This document shows positions 55,847 to 64,000 of a stretch of 64,000 nt of DNA, one piece after another. Every line of letters begins with the position of its first letter. The stretch's first letter is position 1. Below the pieces are notes generated by a model. That model made no database searches and was not told the DNA's origin. It saw only the letters and a list, made by a program, of their open reading frames with translations. Origin of the DNA: Myxococcota bacterium (lineage in GTDB: Bacteria; Myxococcota_A; UBA9160; UBA6930); the NCBI GenBank assembly GCA_965223415.1, contig OZ245002.1, forward strand, positions 352,001-416,000, written 5' to 3'. A program made the position numbers and the translations under genes.

Positions 55847-57281
55847 GCGGCTCTCCCTTTCTCCATCGGGGCCTGGTCGAGGGCTACTACGGCCCGCCCA
55901 CCCCCCACGTGGAGCGCCTGGCGTGGCTCGCGCGCCTGGGACGCTGGGGCCTGAACCGCTACGTGGTCGCCGCGAAGGACGACCCCTTCCAACGCGAGCG
56001 CTGGCGGGAGCCCTACCCGGCCGACCAGGCCGCGCGCCTGTGTGAGCTCGTTCGAGCCGGGGAGGCCCACGGCGTCGGCGTCGGCTTCGCCCTCTCGCCG
56101 GGTCTGTCGATCGGCTATGCCGACGCCGGGGACGCCGGGCGCTGGTCACGAAATTCCGCGCCCTTCGAGAACAGGGCGCCCTCTTCCTCTCCCTCCAGCT
56201 CGACGACGTGCCCACCCGGCTCGCCCACGCGACCGATGCCGAGCGCTTCGCGTCGCTCGCCGACGCCCAGGTGGACCTGATGCACGAGCTGGCGGAGGCG
56301 CTCCCCGACGTCTGCTGGTGGCTCGTGCCGACCGAGTACCAGGGCGCCCGGGCGAGCCCCTATCTGGAGACGCTGGGTGCGGGCCTCGACCCGCGCATCG
56401 AGGTGGCCTGGACGGGACCCGGCGTGCTCTCCGCGGAGATCTCCGCCGCGGACGCTCGCGCCCGGGCGGAGACGCTTCGGCGGCCGCTCCTGCTGTGGGA
56501 CAACGTGCCCGTGGCGGACGGCCCGATGCGGGTGCTGCTTCACCAGGGTCCCTACCGCGGGCGCGGGCCCGACCTGACGCCCCATCTCTCCGGCGTGCTC
56601 CTCAACCCGATGGAGCGCCCGCGCGCCTCGGGGCCGGGTGTGCGGACCGCCGCCGAGTGGCTCGCCGATCCGGAAGCCTACGAGCCGGAGCCGAGCTGGC
56701 AGCGTGCCACCGAAGAGATCGGGGCGGGCGCGCCCGCGGCCTATCGCCTGTTCGCGGAGGCCCACCGCTGGTGCGTCGGAGCTCCGGACGATCGGGATCG
56801 GGAGCTCGAGGCGGCCTTCGATCGCCTGCGAGACGCCCCGGAGCGCGCGGCCGAGCGCGCGACCCTGCGCGCCCTCCTCGACGCCCGCCTGGCTGTCGCC
56901 GACGCGCTGCGGAAGGGCCTCGGCGACCGCGCCCTGCTCTCCGAGCTCGACCCGTGGATCGAAGCCCACCACCTGGAAACCCGGCGCATGGCAGTGGCCC
57001 TCGACCTGCTCGACGCGCTGGCCGAGCCCGCCGACGCGATGACCCACTGCCAGGCCTTCATCCGCTTCGAAGGCCGTCTCACCCGGCTGCCGCCGACCCA
57101 CCTGGCCAGCTACGGCCCGCGGCGTGCCTTCGTGCCTCGGCTCGGCTCGATGCGCCACGACGAGGCGCACTTCGAGCCGGGCTCGCTCACCCGGGACCGC
57201 AGCCTCTCCGAAGACGTGGTTCGTTTCGCGGAGGCCCGGGCCTGCCGGAAGCTGGAGGAACCGTGCGCCCCATCCCGATGA
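55843..57281 (+). pseudogene. GH84 beta-N-acetylglucosaminidase (O-GlcNAcase-like) with one frameshift near 56135 (real or sequencing error)
   Basis: RGLVEGYYG...AAKDDP...WREPY...FALSPG / LVTKF...LQLDDVP...PTEY...WTGPGV...WDNVPVAD...NPM. Confidence 0.78.
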
Positions 57282-57745
57282 TCCTGCTCGGCGTCGCCCT
57301 GGGCCTCCTCACGGCCTGCGCGTCGCCGGCCGCGTCCCGCATGACCCTGGCCCGCCTGGAGGCCCTGATCACGGAGCTGGCCGTCGACGTGGAGGGTGCG
57401 CCCGGCGGTCGCAGCTTCACCTTCGACGGCGTACGCATGGCGTGCATCTCGGACGTGCCCAACGACCGCATGCGCCTCGTCGCGCCGATCGGTGCGGTGG
57501 GCGAGCTGTCGGCGGAGCAGATCGCCCGCATCCTCGAGGCCAACTTCCACACTGCCCTCGACGCGCGCTACGCGACCAGTCAGGGCGTGCTGTACGCAGC
57601 CTTCGTCCACCCGCTCTCGCCGCTGAACGAATCCCAGGTCCGCTCGGCCCTGCAGCAGACGGCGAACCTCGCGCGGACCTTCGGCACGGCGTACTCCAGC
57701 GGCATCCTGGTCTACGGCGGCGGCACCGGAGAGCCGTCCGACTAG
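57263..57745 (+). CDS. Lipoprotein with YbjN/T3S-chaperone-like fold
   Basis: Lipobox LTAC; DRMRLVAPI; LEANFHTALDARYA. Confidence 0.72.
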   Translation: MRPIPMILLGVALGLLTACASPAASRMTLARLEALITELAVDVEGAPGGRSFTFDGVRMACISDVPNDRMRLVAPIGAVGELSAEQIARILEANFHTALDARYATSQGVLYAAFVHPLSPLNESQVRSALQQTANLARTFGTAYSSGILVYGGGTGEPSD

Positions 57746-57748
57746 CCC

Positions 57749-58597
57749 ATGGTCGCCGCGCGTCTCCAGGTCGCCTGTGCAGCGCTGCTCTTCTCTACCG
57801 GCGGCGCCGCCATCAAGCTCGCGGAGCTCTCGAGCTGGCAGATCGCCGGCCTCCGCTCGGCGGTGGCGGCAGCCGTGCTGTGGCTCGCACTGCCGGCCTG
57901 GCGGAGCGTCTTCGACCGTCGGGTGCTCGCCGTCGCCTGCGCCTACGGCGCGACCCTGGTGCTCTTCGTCACCGCCAACACGCTCACGACGGCCGCGGCG
58001 GCGATCTTCCTGCAGAGCTCCGCGGCCCTGTACGTACTGCTCATGGCCCCGCGGCTCCTGGGCGAGCCCCGCCAGCGGGGGGACCTCCCGATCGTCGCGG
58101 TGCTCGCCGCCGGCGTGATCCTCCTCTTCGTCGGCTCCGGCACGCCGCTCGCAACGGCCCCGGAGCCGGCCCTCGGCAACTGGGTCGGCGCGGCAAGTGG
58201 CGTGACCTGGGCGGCGACCCTGATGGGGCTGCGTTGGCTCTCTCGAAGGAGCGTTGCCGGCCCAGGTGGCGATCCCACCGGCGCGGCCGTGGTGGCGGGC
58301 AACGCCCTGGCCTTCGCCGCTTGCGCCCCGTTCGCGTTCCCCGTTGCAGCGGCGTCTGTCCTCGACTGGGCGGTCGTGCTCTACCTCGGCGCCTTCCAGA
58401 TCGGCCTCGCCTACGTGTTCATGGTGCGAGGCGTCCGCCAGCTCCGCGCCCTCGAGCTCACCCTGCTCCTCCTGCTCGAGCCCGTCCTGAGCGCCTTGCT
58501 CAGCTGGATCGTGCACGGCGAAGGTCTGTCGCTCCTCGCCCTCGCGGGTGCCGTGGCGATCCTGGGCGGCCTTGCCGCCCAGGGCCTCCGGCGGTAA
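57749..58597 (+). CDS. EamA/DMT family transporter
   Basis: About 10 TM; FSTGG..IK; LLEPV. Confidence 0.9.
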   Translation: MVAARLQVACAALLFSTGGAAIKLAELSSWQIAGLRSAVAAAVLWLALPAWRSVFDRRVLAVACAYGATLVLFVTANTLTTAAAAIFLQSSAALYVLLMAPRLLGEPRQRGDLPIVAVLAAGVILLFVGSGTPLATAPEPALGNWVGAASGVTWAATLMGLRWLSRRSVAGPGGDPTGAAVVAGNALAFAACAPFAFPVAAASVLDWAVVLYLGAFQIGLAYVFMVRGVRQLRALELTLLLLLEPVLSALLSWIVHGEGLSLLALAGAVAILGGLAAQGLRR

Positions 58598-58626
58598 CGG
58601 GGGCCGCGCAGTACCCTGCCCGGGCC

Positions 58627-59358
58627 ATGCTCCGTCCCGAGGCCGACGGCTACGGCCGCTTGATCCACGACCACCATCGAGGGCTTCAGCGCGCTGAAGT
58701 GATCGAACGCGACGACGGGTGGTTCGGCGTGTCGACCGGCGCACCGGCCTACTTCGCGCCCTTCGCCCAGTGGCCGCCCCACGAGCGCAAGGCGATCCGC
58801 CTGGCGCGGGGGCGCGTGCTCGACGTGGGCTGTGGCGCAGGACGGGTGGCACTGCATCTCGAGCCCCGCGGCCACGAGGTCGTGAGCATCGACCGCTCGC
58901 CGCTGGCGGTGGCGACCTGCCGACGCCGCGGCGTACGGGACGCGCGGGTCCTTCCCTTCACGCGCGTCGGGCCGGCCCTCGGCACCTTCGACACGGTCGT
59001 GATGTTCGGCAACAACTTCGGTCTGTTCGGCAGCCGCGACCGCGGGCGCCGGCTGCTCCTGCGCCTGCACCGCATGACCTCGCCGAACGCGCGCATCCTG
59101 GCGGAGTCGAACGACCCCTACGCGACGAAGGACCCGGATCACAGACGCTACCAGAAGCAGAACCGGGCCCGAGGCCACATGGCGGGACAGCTCCGCATGC
59201 GGGTGCGCTCCGGACGCGCCTGCACCCCCTGGTTCGACTACCTGCTCGTCTCGCCCAGGGAGATGCGCGGCCTCGTGGCCGGAACCGGCTGGCGGGTCGC
59301 GCGCCGCATCGACTCGAAGGGCTCCGTCCACGTCGGCGTGTTGGAGAAGACCGCATGA
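58627..59358 (+). CDS. Class I SAM-dependent methyltransferase
   Basis: VLDVGCGAG; FDTVVMFGNNFG. Confidence 0.9.
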   Translation: MLRPEADGYGRLIHDHHRGLQRAEVIERDDGWFGVSTGAPAYFAPFAQWPPHERKAIRLARGRVLDVGCGAGRVALHLEPRGHEVVSIDRSPLAVATCRRRGVRDARVLPFTRVGPALGTFDTVVMFGNNFGLFGSRDRGRRLLLRLHRMTSPNARILAESNDPYATKDPDHRRYQKQNRARGHMAGQLRMRVRSGRACTPWFDYLLVSPREMRGLVAGTGWRVARRIDSKGSVHVGVLEKTA

Positions 59359-59696
59359 CCGATCCGCGCGAGGTCGTCCGCCGCTACTTCGCCTGCATGC
59401 GGGCCGGCGATCCCGCCGTCGTGGAGCTCTTCCACGAGGATGCCCGGCTCGTGGGCCTGGGCGACGACAAGCGCGGGCGCGAGGCGATCACCGCGTTCTA
59501 CCGCGGCGTGATCGAGCGGGCGGGGCCCTCCCCTGAGCTCGTCGGCGACCTCCTCGGAGACGGCGCCAGAGTCGCGGCGGAGATCCGGATCACGCTGCAG
59601 GACGGAAACGCCATCCACGCCGTCGACCTCTTCGAGATCGACAGCGAGCGCATCCGCCAGCTGACCTACTTCCTGGCGAACGGAGGACGGGGATGA
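59355..59696 (+). CDS. SnoaL/NTF2-like protein
   Basis: VVRRYF; LFHEDA; GREAITAFY; ATGA overlap. Confidence 0.85.
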   Translation: MTDPREVVRRYFACMRAGDPAVVELFHEDARLVGLGDDKRGREAITAFYRGVIERAGPSPELVGDLLGDGARVAAEIRITLQDGNAIHAVDLFEIDSERIRQLTYFLANGGRG

Positions 59697-60094
59697 TCCG
59701 GGACGACGCCTTCCTGACCGGGTGGCACTGCATCGTGGCGGAGAAGGACCTGGTCGCTCTCGAGGCGGTGCTCGCCGAGGACGTGACGATGGGCGCGCCC
59801 CCCTACTGGGAGAAGCTGCGTGGGCGTCCGCTCGTGCACCATCTGCTCGGGCGCATCGTCCACACGATCGAGGACTTCACCTATCACCGCGAGTGGCGTG
59901 ACGATCGCGAGCTCGCCCTCGAGTTCAGGGGGCACGTCGGCGATCTGGAGCTCCAGGGCATCGACCTGATCACCCTGGACCGGAACGACCGCATCGCCAA
60001 CCTGGACGTGCTGATGCGGCCGGTGAACGCGGTGCTGAAGCTGCGCGAGATCATCGCCCCCCAGATGGCCGAGTTCCTCGCCGGAAGGAGCTAG
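59693..60094 (+). CDS. SnoaL/NTF2-like protein
   Basis: LAEDV; DFTYHRE; GIDLI; VLMRP. Confidence 0.85.
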   Translation: MIRDDAFLTGWHCIVAEKDLVALEAVLAEDVTMGAPPYWEKLRGRPLVHHLLGRIVHTIEDFTYHREWRDDRELALEFRGHVGDLELQGIDLITLDRNDRIANLDVLMRPVNAVLKLREIIAPQMAEFLAGRS

Positions 60095-60780
60095 CCCCGC
60101 GCGCCGATCCGGCGCAGCGCGACAAGGAGCGGCGTCGAGAGCACCAGTGCTCCCGCCGCCGGCGCCAGCACGTGGCCCGTCAGCAGGTGGCGCAGGTCCG
60201 CCATCGGGCAGCTGGCCTGGGCGGCGACGGTGCCGAGGGCCGCAGCGCTGGCGGCTGCCGCCACGACCAGCACCAGGGGCCGGAAGGGAGCCGCACGACC
60301 GGCGAAGGCCACGACGCCGACGGCCGGAAGCACGCCCACCGCCACGGCCACTGCCAGGCAGGTGAGATCGGCGGTCCAGCCGCTGCCCGTCCAGGGCATG
60401 GGGCTCTCGAACAGGAGGACGCTGCCCGCGGCGGCGGCCAGGGCCATGCCAATGCCGGCGGCCAGCACGCCGAGCCGAACCAGGCCCTCCCGACCGGGCA
60501 CGCCGAGCCCCACCGCCGCCACCAGCCCGGCCACGCCGGCCAGCCCCAGGCCTCCGAACACGAAGGCCACGCCGCCCCGGCCGAGCCAGGCTTCGGCCAG
60601 GTCCGGGCGGCTCCCGAGCACCACGACGCCGACTGCCGCGACGAGGCCCCACAGGCCGAGCAGCCCGGCCACGACGAAGCGGAGGGGCGGCAGCGGCTGC
60701 ACCGGCTCGAGATCGCGGGCCAGCTCCCGCACCAGCTCTTCGCTCTCCCGCATGCGGGCGTCCAGACGGTCTTCGCTCAC
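60091..60780 (-). CDS. NrsF/DUF1109-type membrane anti-sigma factor
   Basis: LVRELARDLEPV; about 6 TM; conserved-type Cys DLTC and ASCP...HLLTGH. Confidence 0.8.
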   Translation of the reverse strand: MSEDRLDARMRESEELVRELARDLEPVQPLPPLRFVVAGLLGLWGLVAAVGVVVLGSRPDLAEAWLGRGGVAFVFGGLGLAGVAGLVAAVGLGVPGREGLVRLGVLAAGIGMALAAAAGSVLLFESPMPWTGSGWTADLTCLAVAVAVGVLPAVGVVAFAGRAAPFRPLVLVVAAAASAAALGTVAAQASCPMADLRHLLTGHVLAPAAGALVLSTPLLVALRRIGARG

Positions 60781-61331
60781 CAGCGCTCACCTCCGAGCAA
60801 GTCGCGCAAGGCGCGGTAGCCGCGATGGGCACGCAGCTTGAGGGCGCCCGGGCTCACGCCGGCCCGACGCGCCGCCTCCTGCACCGAGAGACCCTCGAGC
60901 TTCAGTAGGGTCACCGCCTCGCGCTGGCTGGCCGGAAGGCGGTCGAGGGCCCGCACCATCGGCCGCGAGAGGGGCCCTTCCGCCGGGGGCGGGTCGGCGG
61001 GCAGGGTGTCGGGGGCGGTCTCGCCTTGCCGGCCCCGCTCCCGAGCACGCCGCCGCGCCTGGTCGACGCTGGCGTTGCGGGCGATGGCACGAACCCACGG
61101 CAGGAGCGGCCGATCCGGGTGGTAGGTGTGCCGCGCGGTGTGGATCCGGATCAGGACCTCCTGGACCACGTCCTCGTCCGCCGGGTCGTCGCCGATGCGC
61201 CCGCGCACCGCGCTCCGCACGTAGGGGAGCAGCTCGCCCAGGAGACGCTGGTAGGCGACCGCGTCGCCGGCCTGGGCCGCCGCCATCCAGCTCCGCCAGC
61301 GGTCGGCTCGCTCGTCTCGCTCCTTGGCCAT
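60777..61331 (-). CDS. ECF sigma-70 factor (SigF/ECF16-like)
   Basis: WMAAAQAGD..AY..LL; EDVVQE; HTARHTY.P.RP..PW; KLEGLS..EAA; KLRAHRG. Confidence 0.9.
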   Translation of the reverse strand: MAKERDERADRWRSWMAAAQAGDAVAYQRLLGELLPYVRSAVRGRIGDDPADEDVVQEVLIRIHTARHTYHPDRPLLPWVRAIARNASVDQARRRARERGRQGETAPDTLPADPPPAEGPLSRPMVRALDRLPASQREAVTLLKLEGLSVQEAARRAGVSPGALKLRAHRGYRALRDLLGGERW

Positions 61332-61431
61332 GGGCGGGTCCAGGGTAGCTCCGACCGGCTCGGCGGGGTCCGGACCCAGGAAGTGGGCGCGCCGGGTCGC
61401 TCGGGCCGCCACGGGAAGACGGGAGCGCTGG

Positions 61432-61457
61432 GTAACTCCGACTGCCACGCCGACGTA
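61432..61457 (+). promoter_or_regulatory. SigF/ECF16-type promoter GTAAC-N16-CG(T/A)A
   Basis: GTAACT-ccgactgccacgccga-CGTA, pointing at the 61511 gene. Confidence 0.6.
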
Positions 61458-61510
61458 CTACGTTCGGGACGCCGGCGCGGTTTCGCGAGCCGGCCGGAGG
61501 AGGCCCGACC

Positions 61511-62155
61511 TTGGCCACGCAACCCCCGCTGCTGGTGGGCCTCCTGGTGTTGGCCCTCGCATGCGCCGCGCGTCCCACCCCCTCGGGCCCCCCGGACCCC
61601 CTGCGCTACCGGCTGGCCGGCAGCGGAAGGCATTGGGACGTGGCGGGAAGCGATCGGGTCTACGAGGACCTGGCGCCACGCTACCCGGACTTCTTCGCGG
61701 TGCTCGCGGATCCCAGCCGCAGCGACGACCCACCGACGGAGGACCTGCGTGACGATCTGGAGGCGCGGCCGGTCGACCGGGCGAACTTCGACGCCCTCAA
61801 CGCCCTCGCCATCGGCTACTACGAGATGAACTACCGGGGCGAGCGGGCCCGCGAGGCGGGAGACGTGGAGTTCGTGAGTGCCGGCTTCCGCGCGGCGAAG
61901 CTGGTGGCGGTGCCCTGGCGGGCCTACATGGAGATCGAGGATCCGGAGCTTCTCGATGCGATCGTCGATTTCTTCGACGACGTCGCCACCGGCGAGAAGC
62001 TCGGCTCGGCCCGCACCATGGGGCGCCTGGCGAAGATCGTGGAATCTCTCGTGCCGAAGGAGAGCGATCCGGCGCGGAGGGCACGGCTCACGGCCCTGGC
62101 CGAGCGGCTGCTCGCGTCGATTCCGCCCCTGCCGGGCGGTCCGGAAGAGCCGTAG
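61511..62155 (+). CDS. Lipoprotein of unknown function
   Basis: GGAGGAGG RBS; TTG start; lipobox ALAC. Confidence 0.75.
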   Translation: MATQPPLLVGLLVLALACAARPTPSGPPDPLRYRLAGSGRHWDVAGSDRVYEDLAPRYPDFFAVLADPSRSDDPPTEDLRDDLEARPVDRANFDALNALAIGYYEMNYRGERAREAGDVEFVSAGFRAAKLVAVPWRAYMEIEDPELLDAIVDFFDDVATGEKLGSARTMGRLAKIVESLVPKESDPARRARLTALAERLLASIPPLPGGPEEP

Positions 62156-62185
62156 GCGACGGACGACCTCGGCACGGCCGACGCT

Positions 62186-63826
62186 TCAGTAGGCGGCGAC
62201 CTGGCGCTCCCGCCAGAAGACAAGCGCCCGGTCGAGGAGCAGGCCCGCGCCCAGCAGCATGCCCACGATGCGGAACAGGAAGCCGATCCACGGCAGGTGG
62301 AAGGCGATGGTGACCAGCACCAGACCCACCAGCAGCGCCAGCCCCACGTCGCGCAAGGAATCGGTCCGTGGCGAGGTGACGGCGCGGCCGATCAGCGTCG
62401 CCAGCAGGAGGACCGACACGTACCAGGCCATCGCGAACAACCCGGCACCGATCAGCGCCAGGGGGATGCCGACGACGGTGAGGGCGACGACTGCGAGCAC
62501 CATCGGAGCCAGGATGCCGAAGGCGAAGCCCAGCCCGAGCGCACGGAAGAACTCGGCGCCGGAGGCCACGCCGGCCTCGAAGAGTGAAGGCACGAGCGTG
62601 TGCAGCAGCAGGCCGACGCCGAAGGCCGCCGCGAGCCACACGAGCCGCCACAGGTAGAAGGCCGGCTGCTCGTAGTGGGAGCGCATCTGGAGGGCCGGAT
62701 CGCCGGGGAGGACCTGGAGCGTGCCCGCCACCTCTGCGCCCTCGTCGATGCGGGCGTCCTCCTCCTCATCCACGTGGGCGACGAGATCGCCGCCCACGAC
62801 GCTGCCCGCCATCACCGTGATCTGCTCGGACCAGAACTCGGCATGGCGGCCGATGCGCCCCTGGATCTCGCCGCGGGCGATGCCGCCGGTGAGGTCCCGC
62901 CCGATCGTCCCCTCGTGCACGAAGCGGTCGGAAACCACGACGGCGTCCCGCGAGACGACGGCGTCGGGCTCGATCGTGAGCCGATCCGAGCCGGCGTAGA
63001 GGCCCCGCTCGACGGTGCCCGAGATGCGCGACGACCCGCCGAAGGCGTGGACGGTGCCCTCGACGCGGCCGCCGAGCTCGAACTCCCGGGTGAGCACCCA
63101 CACGTCGCCTTCGACGACACCGCGGATCGCGACCCGCTCACAGAAGGCGACCAGGTTGCCGGCGATGCGTCCCTCGACGACGAGGGACTCGCCGCTCGTG
63201 ACGAGGCTCTGCTCCAGCACCTCGTCCGGGCCCACGTGCACCGACTGGTCGAGCCGCACGTCCGCAGCGGCACGCGCCGCCTCGGGGCCGCCCAGGCCGA
63301 CCGCCAGCGCGAGCAGCAGCCCCGAGCCGAGGGCCCTCGGGTCCTCGATGCGCCGCAGAAGGGCGGTGGTCACGAAGGTGATCAGGGCGGCCACGCTGGC
63401 GGTCACCGCGATGGCCAGCCCGAGCTCGAGCATGCCGGGGGCCCGGTCGCGAATCGTGAAGAGCAGGTCCAGGATCATCTCTTGTGCTCCGAAGAAGCGA
63501 CGGGGCCGGATCCAGTCCAGTCCCGAGGGCAGGCGGCTCTCGACGAGGAAGCCGAGGACGGCCACGACGCTCGCCAGCACGCCCAGGGCGACGGGGAAAC
63601 CGGTGGCCAGGCCCTGGGCAGAGGAGGTGGCCCGGGTCGACGGCGCAACGCTCGGCGCACGATCCCCGAGCACCTCGGAGATCTGCCGCGCCTCCGCCTG
63701 GAGGGCGAGCACCAGGCGGCGGCAGCGCTCGCAGCCGACCAGGTGGCTCTCGGCGGAGCGCAGCTCGTCGGGCAGGAGCTCGCTGTCGACGTAGGCTCCG
63801 AGGCTCCACTCGGGAGGACAGCTCAC
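62186..63826 (-). CDS. Zinc-finger anti-sigma factor fused to bactofilin-like beta-helix repeats and a multi-TM C-terminus
   Basis: LGAYVDSEL...HLVGCERC (HxxxCxxC); TMs; repeated (I/V).G.V.G.L motifs; C-terminal hydrophobic helices. Confidence 0.8.
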   Translation of the reverse strand: MSCPPEWSLGAYVDSELLPDELRSAESHLVGCERCRRLVLALQAEARQISEVLGDRAPSVAPSTRATSSAQGLATGFPVALGVLASVVAVLGFLVESRLPSGLDWIRPRRFFGAQEMILDLLFTIRDRAPGMLELGLAIAVTASVAALITFVTTALLRRIEDPRALGSGLLLALAVGLGGPEAARAAADVRLDQSVHVGPDEVLEQSLVTSGESLVVEGRIAGNLVAFCERVAIRGVVEGDVWVLTREFELGGRVEGTVHAFGGSSRISGTVERGLYAGSDRLTIEPDAVVSRDAVVVSDRFVHEGTIGRDLTGGIARGEIQGRIGRHAEFWSEQITVMAGSVVGGDLVAHVDEEEDARIDEGAEVAGTLQVLPGDPALQMRSHYEQPAFYLWRLVWLAAAFGVGLLLHTLVPSLFEAGVASGAEFFRALGLGFAFGILAPMVLAVVALTVVGIPLALIGAGLFAMAWYVSVLLLATLIGRAVTSPRTDSLRDVGLALLVGLVLVTIAFHLPWIGFLFRIVGMLLGAGLLLDRALVFWRERQVAAY

Positions 63827-63860
63827 GGCGCCCCTCCCTTCCGGAGGCAGTACCCACAGC

Positions 63861-64000
63861 TCACGACCGGCTCCGGAGGCCCGGGCCCAGCTGTCGGCGC
63901 AGGCGGTCCTTCGAGCGGTGCAGCAGCACGCCGACCTGCTCCGGACGCAGCGCGAGCTGGTCGGCGATCTCCTGGTAGGAGAGCTCGGCGAAGTAGCGCA
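63861..64000 (-). CDS. 3' end (region 4) of an ECF sigma factor, partial
   Basis: RYFAELSYQEIADQLALRPEQVGVLLHRSKDRLRRQL..., TGA at 63861-63863. Confidence 0.85.
   Translation of the reverse strand, partial: RYFAELSYQEIADQLALRPEQVGVLLHRSKDRLRRQLGPGLRSRS

Noticed and set aside
1..64000. Prophage, anti-phage defence system, tRNA/rRNA, integrase-bounded island
   Set aside because: No recognisable hallmark genes or RNA structures, and composition looks uniform apart from short regulatory patches.

Overview
Very GC-rich (about 70% by eye), densely coding chromosome segment of a diderm bacterium. The gene mix (multiheme cytochromes, PEP-CTERM, many SDRs, LLM oxidoreductases, DUF3604, DUF1214) suggests an uncultured Myxococcota/Deltaproteobacteria-type organism (inference). 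Main blocks: (1) 1-9.9 kb, a porin-multiheme cytochrome (PCC3-like) electron-transfer locus with 11- and 21-heme cytochromes and CRP/FNR-like boxes in its intergenic gaps. (2) 10.9-13.6 kb, a DUF6502-DUF5666 pair plus a secreted protein, linked by three copies of the palindrome GTGGGAA-N3-TTCCCAC, a candidate undescribed regulatory system. (3) 13.7-30.8 kb, a lipid headgroup synthesis/export cluster resembling bacterial sphingolipid (ceramide-phosphate) loci, with a fused LptF-LptG. (4) 30.9-60 kb, catabolic/redox genes with a wHTH-regulated operon, a mini PEP-CTERM gene behind a sigma54-like promoter, a REP-like palindrome, a broken Y1 transposase, tandem DUF3604 genes and a frameshifted GH84. 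(5) 60-64 kb, two ECF sigma/anti-sigma modules. No rRNA, tRNA or CRISPR array was seen. All family names come from motif recognition, not database searches. Start codons were re-picked by eye.
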